Source of the DNA: Octopus sinensis
Lineage: Eukaryota
Assembly: GCF_006345805.1 (NCBI RefSeq)
Contig: NC_043007.1
Coordinates: 9,052,001 to 9,116,000 of the forward strand
Direction: 5' to 3'
Length of the DNA: 64,000 nucleotides
Shown: positions 13,450 through 25,139 of the stretch, in pieces
How the letters are laid out: each line of letters opens with the position of its first letter
Position numbering within the stretch: the first letter of the stretch is position 1
Position numbers and translations under genes: made by a program
Notes under the pieces: generated by a model
Told to the model about the DNA's origin: nothing
What the model saw: the letters and a program-made list of their open reading frames with translations, nothing else
Databases searched by the model: none

Positions 13450-16400
13450 GAAAAAACAACAGTAACTGAAGATCTCGCATTTGCTGAAGATCATAGAGAG
13501 TCTATAGCAGAAATGAGGCAGAAAATCCTGAATACACTTGAAGTTGTAAGACATACAAGTATGAATGATAGAGAACCACTTCATAAACTCTCAAATACAA
13601 ACCAAAATAAAAAACAAATCCAAATTGGCAACTATGTAACAAATGAAATAATACGAGAATTAAAACCTGATTTTACTGAGTTAAATGAAATTATTTACGC
13701 TTCTGCTAGGGCAATTGAAACCAGCTGTATGCCCCCGAAAAAACAAAGAAAACCAAACCTGGGAAGAAATCAAACCTGGAGAAGTAAAATTGAAAAAGAG
13801 ATTGAATTTATGAGAGGGGAAATATCAATATTAAATGAACTAATATGTGGAAATGATGTAAGATCCAGAACAGGAAGAAAGATGAAGAGAAAATTTGGAT
13901 CCTCACCAAGAGAAGAACTGATATCAATAAAAGAAACGCGGAAACAAAAAGTCCAAGCAAAAACCCAAAGAATACGAAGATTTGAGAAGAGAAACAAGTT
14001 TTACAAGCAAAATAAGCTGTTCACATCCAATGCCAAAAAATTCTACAGAGAAATAGGGAAGGAGAAAGTAACCGTTAAAGACCCCCCTCCCATGGAAGAA
14101 GTTCAAAACTTTTGGAAAAGTATTTGGAGTGACAAGAAGACGTACAACATAAATGCAGACTGGATTATACAAACTGAAGGATCCTACCAAAATTTACAAC
14201 AACAAGCATGGGAAGACATCACAATAGCAGACCTAAGAAAGGCACTCACGAAGGCCCATAATTGGAAATCCCCCGGTAAAGATAGGGTGCCGAATTTCTG
14301 GCTCGCATCGCTCCCATGCGCACACGGTAAGCTAGTTCAGCTGCTCAATGGAATTATGAGAGACCCAAAGAAAACACCTGAATGGTTAGCAAGTGGCATT
14401 ACTTACCTACTCCCAAAGAATAACGAAACCAACCTTCCAAAAAACTATCGGCCTATAACCTGTCTATCCACCACGTATAAAATCCTAACATCTATCCTGG
14501 CGATATTTTCCCCATTGAACAAAAAGGGTGCCGCCGAGGCTCTTACGGATGCAAAGATCAACTGCTAATCAATCGTATGATCCTTGAGAACTGTCACAAC
14601 AAGCGCAGAAATCTCAACACCGCATGGATTGACTATAAAAAGGCCTTCGACAATATACCGCATCCATGGATCTTGAGATCGCTGGACATCTTCAAAATTT
14701 CCCCTGTGATTTCAAACTTCCTGAAGCACAATATGTCGTTGTGGAATACGAATCTCCAATTATACCACTCTAATGGAGTACTTGCCTCAGAAAATATAGA
14801 CATCAACTGTGGAATTTTTCAAGGTGACTCACTTTCACCTTTAATATTCTGCATAGCCCTAATACCCCTTACAAGTGAATTAAACAGAACAGGGTATGGG
14901 TATAAAATTGCCAATAAAAAAATAAGCCATCTATTTTATATGGTAAAGACAATAATGAACTTGAAGGCCTATTGCGTACTGTGAAAGCATTCAGCGATGA
15001 CATCGGGATGGAGTTTGAACTTGAGAAGTGTGCCAAGGCCACTTTCCAGAAAGGGAAAGTGAAGACCACAAATTCAGTCGTGTTAGATGTTGACACAGTC
15101 ATAAGAGAGCTTGAGCAAGAACAAACATACAAATATTTAGGGATAAATGAAGGCTCTGGTATTCAGCATGCAAGCATGAAAGAGAAGATCAGGAAGGAAT
15201 GTTATAGGAGAGTTCGTGCAGTCCTGAAATCTGAACTAAATGCACGTAACAAGGTGTTAGCTATAAATTCCTTAGCAGTTCCAGTTGTCACTTATAGCTA
15301 CAATGTGTTGAACTGGAATATGAGTGAAGTAAAGAATATAGATAGGAAAATACGCAAGCTGCTGAGTTGTAATAGGATGCACTCCCCAAAGGCAGACGTA
15401 GATCGCCTTTACCTTCCCAGAGCCCAAGGAGGTCGAGGCCTGATCCAATTTGAACTAGATTACAAAACAACCACAATTGAACTGGCCAAATATCTCGAAA
15501 TATCGAATGACTGGATGCTAAAGCTCGTGGAAAATCACGAGAGTCGAAAGAAGCTTCATTCTATCATAAAGGAAAGCAAAAAATTTGCTATTGATCTCGT
15601 GCAGGATACCCAAACAGAACAACCCGAGGGAAGTACGGCAATTATTGTTGCAAAGAAGGTGAAAATAATGGCAACGAAAAAAGCGCACGAGCAATTGGCT
15701 GATAGGTGGGAGGAGAAACCTCTGCACGGCAAATATGTGACCCGCAGCAAACAAGCTGATGTTGACCAGAAGCAAACCCATCAGTGGCTACGGAGCTCAG
15801 GGCTAAAAGCAGAGAGCGAAGGTTTCATCCTGGCTGCTCAAGATCAAAGCCTATTAACCCGGAACTACCAGGCCAATGTGATGAAAAATGGAGCAGACCC
15901 AAAATGCCGATTCTGCAACGACATGATTGAAACAGTGGACCACCTAATCTCTGGATGTAAAGTCTTAGCACCAGTGGAGTATAAATTAAGACATGACAGA
16001 GTTGGCCAATATCTACACTGGCTAATAAGTCGGCATTACAATATCAAAACTGCCGACAAGTGGTATAATCACCACCCTGAGGCTGTAACTGAAGGAGAAA
16101 ATGTAACCATTCTGTGGGACTTTCCAGTACATACAGACCGAACCATCAAGGCCAATAAACCAGATATTGTTGTGAAAGACCAAGACAATAAAGTTTGCTT
16201 ATTGATCGACATGAGCATCCCTTCTGATCATAATATCTCAGCGAAAGAGTTTGACAAGCTCAGAAAATATAAAGACCTACTCATTGAAATTGAGAAAATG
16301 TGGCATCTCAAGGCGGTTACAATACCAGTGATCGTAGGAGCACTATGAATGATCAAGAAAGGGAACCGAAAATTATATGAGAATGATCCCTGGCTTACCA

Positions 16401-16472
16401 TCCCTGCAAGAAGTGCAAAAGATTGTCTTAACTGGTACATCACACGTATTGAGAAGAGCATTGTCGATGTGA
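13450..16472 (+). pseudogene. Disrupted RT-RLE ORF of the R4/Dong element
   Basis: Track ORFs 13513-14568, 14577-14984 and 14972-16348 join into one protein via a frameshifting deletion at ~14501 (ILA|DIFPIEQKGCRRG), a deletion at ~14943 removing the YMDD aspartates, TGA at 16346 in GALG, and a +1 shift before TENYMRMIPGLPSLQEVQKIVLTGTSHVLRRALSM*. Confidence 0.9.
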
Positions 16473-16642
16473 GAACTGTTGCTGCTCATGTATTTTAATT
16501 TAACTTTAAAAAAAAAAAAAAAATGAACGAACTATTGAGTTTGGTTTAATGGCCTACCAATGTATACTATGAGTTTCTTTGCCCTAGGAGTCGGGAAGAC
16601 ACTCGGCAAGAAATGGAAGCAAATTTGAAAGAAGAAAAAAAA
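13450..16642 (+). mobile_element. 5'-truncated non-LTR retrotransposon, R4/Dong clade (RT + CCHC + restriction-like endonuclease), inserted in (TAA)n
   Basis: RT motifs NYRPITCL, AWIDYKKAFD, GIFQGDSLSP; C-X2-C-X8-H-X4-C knuckle (CRFCNDMIETVDHLISGC, ~15905-15958); RLE motif KPDIVV..LLIDMSIP..KYKDL; 3' UTR ending at (TAA)n 16643; 5' end fused in frame to (AAT)n. TAA-repeat targeting is established for Dong. Confidence 0.9.
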
Positions 16643-16643
16643 A

Positions 16644-16721
<78 letters not shown>

Positions 16722-16724
<3 letters not shown>

Positions 16725-17150
16725 GGCGGCGCGCAGCAGAATCGTTAACGCGTTTGACGAAATGCTTAGCGGTATTTCGACCTTCACTACGTTCTGAGTT
16801 GAAATTCCGCCGAGGTCTGCATTACATTTCAACTTTTCCTTGCCGTTGAAATAAATATCAGTGAAACACTGGGGTCGATGTTATCGAAGAGATCCCTCAC
16901 ACAAAATTTCAGGCCTTCTGCCCATAAGAGAAAGATTTATTTCTATCATTATCAACGCACCGAAGTTTAAGAACCGTACTACACCGGATAAAATGCTTAG
17001 CGGCGTTTTGTTCATCTTTTACGTTAAGTTCAAATGTAGCCAAGGTCAACTTTGACATTCCGAAATCGATAAAATAAGTACGAGTTGAGCACCGAGGTCG
17101 ATATAATCGATCAACCGACTTCCCCGACATTGTTGGCTTTGTATCAAAAT
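16722..17150 (+). mobile_element. SINE family A, two degenerate copies
   Basis: aaggcggcgcgcagcagaatcgttaac head after (TTA)n; second copy from ~16960. Confidence 0.8.
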
Positions 17151-17243
17151 CATCATCATCATCATCATAATCATCATCATCATCATCATCATCACCATCA
17201 TCACCACCATCATCATCTTCATCATCATCATCATCATCATCAG

Positions 17244-17275
<32 letters not shown>

Positions 17276-17288
17276 CCATCATCACCAC

Positions 17289-17319
<31 letters not shown>

Positions 17320-17351
17320 GTCATCATCATCATCATCACCATCATCACCAC

Positions 17352-17386
<35 letters not shown>

Positions 17387-17437
17387 CCATCATCATCATC
17401 GTCATCGTCATCACCATCATCATCATCATCGTCATCG

Positions 17438-17473
<36 letters not shown>

Positions 17474-17503
17474 CCATCATCATCATCATCGTCATCGTCA
17501 TCG

Positions 17504-17551
<48 letters not shown>

Positions 17552-17555
17552 CCAC

Positions 17556-17590
<35 letters not shown>

Positions 17591-17690
17591 CCATCATCAT
17601 CACCACCATCATCATCATCATCATCATCATCATCGTCATCGTCATCATCACCACCATCATCATCATCATCATCATATCATCATCATCATC

Positions 17691-17747
<57 letters not shown>

Positions 17748-17767
17748 GTCATCGTCATCATCACCAC

Positions 17768-17833
<66 letters not shown>

Positions 17834-17874
17834 CTCATCATCATCACCATCATCACCACCATCATCATCACCAC

Positions 17875-17921
<47 letters not shown>

Positions 17922-17976
17922 CCATCATCACCACCACCATCATCATCATCATCATCATCATCACCATCATCACCAC

Positions 17977-18024
<48 letters not shown>

Positions 18025-18085
18025 AATCATCATCATCACCATCATCATCATTATCGTCATCGTCATTGTCGTCGTCGTCGTCGTC

Positions 18086-18116
<31 letters not shown>

Positions 18117-18141
18117 CCATCATCATCTTCATCATCATCAT
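17150..18141 (+). repeat. ~1-kb imperfect (CAT)n microsatellite
   Basis: CAT with CAC/CGT variants; 1-nt register slips near 17676 and 17834. Confidence 0.97.
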
Positions 18142-18467
18142 CGTTCCATTTCTATTATTCTCGTCTTAATAGCTTTCTCCGGAATTTTAAACATTCTCAA
18201 TATATGTTAGATTTATTCATGTTCAATGGAATATAAGAAATTGTGTTTACATATAGGATAGAGAAAAAAAGTGAAGAAGAGAGGAAATGGAGGATATCTA
18301 CACAAATATATGTGCATATGTGTGTGTGTGTGTGTCTCTGTGTATGTTTTAGTGTGTTTATATATACAGTTTGATAGATATATAACTAAATGAATAGATG
18401 CATACATACACACAAACATGGTTAGATAGCTAACTGTATATATATATATATATACTAACTGAACACA

Positions 18468-18508
<41 letters not shown>

Positions 18509-18533
18509 ATATATATATACTAACTGAACACAC

Positions 18534-18597
<64 letters not shown>

Positions 18598-18599
18598 AT

Positions 18600-18619
18600 A
18601 TAGATATAGATAGATAGAT

Positions 18620-18652
<33 letters not shown>

Positions 18653-18781
18653 GAGAGAGAGAGAGAGGGAGAGAGAGATAGAGAGATAGATAGACAGACA
18701 GATTGACAGATGGATAGATATATAGACAGACAGAGAGAGACAGGCAGATAGATATATAGATAGATAGACAAACAGACAGAC

Positions 18782-18818
<37 letters not shown>

Positions 18819-18819
18819 T

Positions 18820-18876
<57 letters not shown>

Positions 18877-18889
18877 CAAACAGACAGAC

Positions 18890-18922
<33 letters not shown>

Positions 18923-18932
18923 TATATATATA

Positions 18933-18997
<65 letters not shown>

Positions 18998-19010
18998 CAG
19001 AGAGACAGAC
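18600..19010 (+). repeat. (GATA)n/(GACA)n compound microsatellite
   Basis: Direct reading. Confidence 0.95.
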
Positions 19011-19395
19011 AGGCTGAAAGAAATATTGCGAGAAAAAATGAGTCTTTAGGCGCATACAATAGATGAAAAGAAAAGGCCATGATGTAGAGAAATTGTGTCG
19101 TGAAAGGAGTAGGAGATGTAAAGGAGGTAGAGGGGCAGAAGTGTTGTAAACAGATGCAGTGAGGCATATACAGATAGGAAATAGGAACAGAAACTAGAGA
19201 AGCACACAAGGTAAAGAGAGTAGGAGTGAATAATAGAGAGAGAATGATACAGACTAGGTGAGAGAGTGAGAGGCAGAGATAGTAAGTAAAGACAAGTTGA
19301 GTAAGTTAGTGGTAATGTGATTGTGAGGTAGGGTTAGAAAGAGACGGTGAAAGAGTGCAAAAAAGAATATCTCAAAAAAATAAGGGAGGGAAATT

Positions 19396-19399
<4 letters not shown>

Positions 19400-19440
<41 letters not shown>

Positions 19441-19660
19441 GTGAGAGAAACAGGGAGTGGGTGAGAGTGAGGAAACTTATCCTGAGTTAGATAGAAATAA
19501 AGGCACTCTAAGGTGGATGTAGTAAGATAAGAATAAAATGTGAAAGGCAACATATCAGAGAGAGAGAGAGGGAGAGGGAGAGAAAGAGAGAGGGAGAGAG
19601 AGAGGGAGAGAGAGAGGGAGAGAGAGGGAGAGAGAGGGAGAGAGAGAGAGAGAGAGGAGT
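19400..19660 (+). repeat. (GA)n/(GGGAGAGAGA)n polypurine tracts
   Basis: Direct reading; embedded in a purine-rich region 19000-20200. Confidence 0.9.
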
Positions 19661-20553
19661 TGGAAACATTGATAGTGTGTGGGAACGAGTGAGCTAGAAT
19701 GAGGGAGAGGGAGAAAGATAGAAAGGGAGAAAGAGGAAGAGAGATACGGATATAATTGGAGAGAAAGGGCTGGGAAAAAGCGAGGGTTGAATAAGAAAGC
19801 AACAGATATAGTGAAAGAGATAGACTAACAAAGCGAGAAGTGAAGAAAATGGAGAAGTTCGAATTTTTTTGTAGAGAACCATGTCCTATAGATGAAGGAC
19901 AGACAATAGGAGAGAGAGAAAGAGAGAGATATAGACGGACAGTGCGAGAGAGGGGAGAGAGAGAAATAGTGATAAAGAGTCAAAGTGAGGAAGAGAGACA
20001 ACGACAGACATAAGTGAAGAGAGAGAGAGTAAATGTAGCTGAATGCAAAGTGAGAATTATTGAGACATAGATAGAAAAACAGACGGAGACGGAGAAAGGG
20101 TAAGAGAATATGTGTGCACATCTATGCGCAAGCGTATATGAACTAAGAGAGATTGAGAAAGAGCACAAAAGAAAGATAATTGATAGATATAGTAAATAAC
20201 TACGAGAGATCAGCAGAGCGTATTCAATCATTTTACAGAGAAAAACTAAATCTGAAACACAGCATAAAATACAAGCTATCTCTTCAGATACATAACATAA
20301 ATATATCAACACAAACATATATGCTAACGCAAGCATATGATACATATATACAGTCATACAATTATAGATGTATATGTATGTGTACGCGTGGACGTGTGTG
20401 ACTGGGAATCTATGTGCCTGTGTGTTTGCTTTCGTCTTCTTCGATATTAGCAAAAGGCAATATCGAAAAGGAAATTTTACTATTTCTCTTTATGTCATTG
20501 ACAAATGATAAATGGTCGTGTTTTGTGAAATATGTCAAAAAGAGACATCTTAC

Positions 20554-20627
20554 CTGCCGCCCGCTGCACACACTCGCGCACCATTTGCTCCACACAAGAA
20601 TAAGTAGTGAAAACTCACATTCGTAAA
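20554..20627 (-). other. Candidate 74-nt exon on the minus strand
   Basis: Long poly-T tract plus ttag acceptor, CAG|GTAAGA donor, locally GC-rich; frame unresolved (MVRECVQRAA from ATG 20584, or two fully open frames). Confidence 0.45.
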
Positions 20628-20991
20628 CTAATTTGCGTGAAAAAAACCAAAAAAAAAAAAAACAACGAAAAGCGTCAAGAAGCTTAAAGCTATATACGGA
20701 TACATAAAGAAATATACAAACTCATATGCAAATATACACACTTGCCATAAATAAATAAATAAATAAATAAGCAAACACGCAAGCACACCCACACACCCAC
20801 ATATATGTATGTATATATATAAACATACACTTTTAAATTTCTATACATTTATATTTATATTAGATATATATAAAGAAAGAGGGTGAGAGAGAGAGCAATA
20901 TATGACTATGTATATATGTAAACACATTTATCTATACATATGCACACGCATATATGTTCGTGTGTGTGTATGTATGTATGTATATATATAT

Positions 20992-21066
<75 letters not shown>

Positions 21067-21067
<1 letters not shown>

Positions 21068-21188
21068 GAGTGGTGTATGAAAAGTCTTGAGTCTCAAAAC
21101 AAAAATCATGGTACAACATCTCTGATGAGAGAACAAGACTTGAAGGCTCAAAGACCTTGAAGGATCAAAACTTTTCATACATCCTTCG
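21067..21188. mobile_element. ~120-bp mariner-type MITE in a TA tract
   Basis: Left cgagtggtgtatgaaaagt versus reverse complement of right cgaaggatgtatgaaaagt; TA on the right flank, GA on the left. Confidence 0.65.
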
Positions 21189-21549
21189 TATATATGTGTA
21201 CACATATACACATATATAATAATGTTTGTTTTTATGTCGAGTTATTATAAAAAAAGATTTTACTTTAAACTGAAAAATTACTTAATAACTTTTGTCCAGG
21301 ACATACTAGAACTTATATAAGAAGGTGAGTTAAAGATGATACACAAGTCTTGGCCATCGTCATACTGTAGAAATTTTTCGAAGACAAAACATCATGAAAT
21401 TCTTTCTTAAGGTTTCGAACATACCTCAAGCCTATTTGAAGAACGTATTTATATAATATCGTATATACACATGTATATGCGTGTGTTATATTTATATATG
21501 CTCACATACACACATACACACACACACACAACACACACACACACATACA

Positions 21550-21768
21550 TATATTGACTGCGGCCATGCTGGAGCAACGCTTTTAGTCAAGCAAGTCGAC
21601 CCCGGGACTTATTCATTGTAAGCCTAGTACTTATTCAATCGGTCACTTTTTGCCGAACGACTACGTTACGGTGGCGTAAACAAAACAGCATCGATTGTTA
21701 AGCGATGTTGGAGGACACAGACACACAAACACAAACTTACACCCCTACATTTATATATATATGTGTGA

Positions 21769-21834
<66 letters not shown>

Positions 21835-22012
21835 GTGTGTGTGTGTATACGACTGGCTTATTTCAGTTTCCGTCTACCACATTATCCATTCACACGGCTT
21901 TGATCAGCCTATGGCTATGTTAAGAGACTCTTGTCCAAGGTCTGTCAGGCAGTGAGACTGAACCCGGAACTACGTGGTTGGCAAGCAAGTTACTTGCCAC
22001 GCAGCCACTCGC
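21550..22012 (-). mobile_element. SINE family B (degenerate)
   Basis: Colinear with 4608-5018. Confidence 0.8.
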
Positions 22013-22074
22013 GTTCGCACATGATTCCGACTGTGTTGTTAGTTACACGTATAATGCTATATAAGTGTTTTAAT

Positions 22075-23245
22075 ATTGATTTCAAATGTTGGCTCATGTC
22101 CAGCAATTTTGAAGGAGAAAGAAAGTCGATAACATCTACTGCAGTACACAACTATTTTATCGTCCCGAAAGGGTGAAAATCAAAGTCGACCTCAGTGGAA
22201 TTTGAATTTGAAACGCAAGAATGGACGTAATGTCACTAAACTTTTCTTCAAGCTCGCTAACGCCTCTGACTGATCGCCATCCTTCGAGTTTTAATATTTC
22301 AATACTGAAGAGCTGGCAGAATCGTTAGCGCGGCGGGCGAAATGCTTAGCGGTATTTCGCCTGTCGTTACGTCCTGAGTTCAAATTCCGCCGAGGTCGAC
22401 TTTGCCTTTCATCCTTTCGGAGTCGATAAATAAAGTACTAGTTTCGCACAAGGGTTGATGTAATCGATATCATCCCTTTGTCTGCCCTTGTTTGTCACCT
22501 CTATGTTTAGCTCCTTGTGGGTAGTAAAGAAATATATATATATTCTTTCCGCCGAGGTCCACTTTGCCTTTTATCCTTTCGGGGTCGATTAAGCAAGTAC
22601 CAGTTATGCACTGGGGTCGAAAGAATCGACTTAATCCGTTTGTCTGTCCTTGTTTGTCTTCTCTGTCTTTAGCCCCTTGTGGGTAGTAAGAAATAGGTAT
22701 TTCGTCTGTCTTTACGTTCTGAGTTCAAATTCCACCGAGGTCGATTTTGCCTTTCATCCTTTTGGGGTCGATTAAATAAGTACCAGTTACGTACTGGGGT
22801 CGATGCAATAGACTTAATCCCTTTGTTCTTGTTTGTTCCCTCTATGCTTAGCTCCCTGTGGGTAATAAAGAAATAAATAAAGAACACAGGTGACGAGCTG
22901 GCACGCCGGGAAAAAAGGCCTGTCGTTATTTCGTCTGTTTTTACGTTCTGAGTTCGAATTCCGCCGAGATCGACTTTGCCTTTCATCCTTTCGGGGTCGA
23001 TAAATCAAGTACCAGTTGCGTACTGGGGTCGGATAATCGACTGGCACCCTCCCCCCAAATTTCGGGCCTTGTTCCAGCAATTTTGGTGAAGCAGCTAAAT
23101 GGATTACATCGAGCTCAGTATCAATTAGCACTTAATTTATCGTCCCCGAAAATGGTGGACGGCGACGTCGACGTCGACGCCAGCGAAATTTGAACTCAGA
23201 ACGTAAAACGAACGAACAACTACAAAGTATTTTGCATGGAGCTTA
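22075..23245. mobile_element. SINE family A cluster: + strand multimer 22310-23085 flanked by - strand copies
   Basis: One A-box head followed by about four repeats of the B-box/body unit. Confidence 0.85.
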
Positions 23246-23491
23246 ATCGTCTGAGAATATTGGTGGGATTGAAAGCTAAAGAAAGTGAGTGCTTTGGCCT
23301 TAAAGATTACAGAAACTGATTTAATCTTAAAAGTAAAGCAGCGTTAAAACTGCAAAAGGTAAAAAGAGGAATCTATAGATGTTGACTGCAGGAAAAGGTG
23401 GAGGATGAGGAGAAAAATATGAAAGACGTGTAAGTCTGCATGGCGTTACTTAATAACACATACTTCTTAGTTATACAATAAAAACCCCCAG

Positions 23492-23533
<42 letters not shown>

Positions 23534-23551
23534 CATATATGTATATGTATA

Positions 23552-23603
<52 letters not shown>

Positions 23604-23691
23604 GTATATATATGTATATAATATTTATTTATCTATTTATATATGTGTGTATATATATACTGTGTGATTTATATATTTACGTATATATATA

Positions 23692-23742
<51 letters not shown>

Positions 23743-25139
23743 GGCATATATGTATATATATGCATATTTAGGTATATTATTTATATATATATATATACAT
23801 ACATATTCATATATACACATGTTTACACACATGCGCACACATTCACACCTAAAATTATTCATAAACAAATTGCAGATACGTGACATAAAAAAGCGGAACG
23901 AGAGAGTATGACTAGATAAAGGCCAAGATGTGGGGAAGTATGCGATGGCTGCAAGGCATAAATATTGATAGTATAGGCAAAATGCCCGATCGCTATTTTA
24001 TTAAATGAAATAGTATACAAAATACAATACATAATATTCACCTTTTTTTTCTGTTTTCGTTATTCAATTATGAGAAAAGGTGTCATCTTGTTAAAAAAAC
24101 AGCAGTTAAAATATGAAGTGTCTTTGAACAGCACTCAGTTTATAAAGAGACGTTGGCTTCAAAGAACTTATTCCAAAAATTTCAAAGAAATTCTCTGTGA
24201 TGGGAGAATGTAATATATCATATGAGTAGAATAAATTTCCGTAAGATGCATTTATTTGGCTGACAACACATCGAGGAGGGATCCCTTCGAAACTTTTTAG
24301 TAAATTCACTGTAAAATTATTGTTGCATACATGTACACATGTATGTTTATGTGTACACATGTATCTACACATGACCTACATCCTACGATACATATTTTCC
24401 AACCTGAAAATTGTTGACATTCACTGAAATTCTTTTTTGTTTCCAGATATGTTATGATAGAGAAGTAGTATGAACGTCATTTCAGTACATTACATCAAAT
24501 CATTACTGAGACGTTTACCATCAAGTACAATGAGGCGGTTACAACATTTCACATTGTGTCAGAAGCAAACTGACTTCATTCTATAAACATGGAGACATGA
24601 TAACGTAACAATCTTACAACTGATCACCCCATTTCCTCCCTTAGAAAGGTTCTGTGTTACTCATTTCATCTCCCACCTTTCAAAATAACAATGCTAAATC
24701 ACTGTGGAATATACGAAGATATAGAAGCCACTACATACCACACAGTTACCTAGATATCGTTTCATCTGACACAAATGAGAAGAGTTTCCAATATATCAGC
24801 ATAAGAACAAAAGATTATAGTGTGTAGGAGCGATCTGTAAAATAAGCGTATTTCCAGTTATTGCAGCAACCTCTGTGTTGGACAAAGCATATGATAGCAG
24901 TTATAGATTCATCTATCACTCTATTAGGAATAACGTATGATACAGAGCTAATTTATATAACGGCATTGATAGATTCACAGTAGTGATACATTTAGATCCG
25001 TTTAGAAAATACAAATGTTAAGATTTATTTGATGTGAACACTTCTATGAATATTTCTAAATATGCATCTATAATTCGTTCTGAAACAAAGAAACTTATAT
25101 GCATTTTATAATAGTAGTAGTAGTAGTAGTAGTAGTAGT

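Noticed and set aside
17046-18141. Poly-His and poly-Met ORFs
   Set aside because: A (CAT)n tract with register slips that starts at a SINE tail; both strands are open only because the motif lacks stops.
22310-23085. CRISPR-like array of GGGGTCGAT motifs
   Set aside because: Eukaryotic SINE multimer; intervening sequences repeat rather than being unique spacers; no cas genes.
23490-23830. AA/TT phase flips within (TA)n tracts
   Set aside because: Single-base indels expected from slippage or sequencing error; no consistent period.
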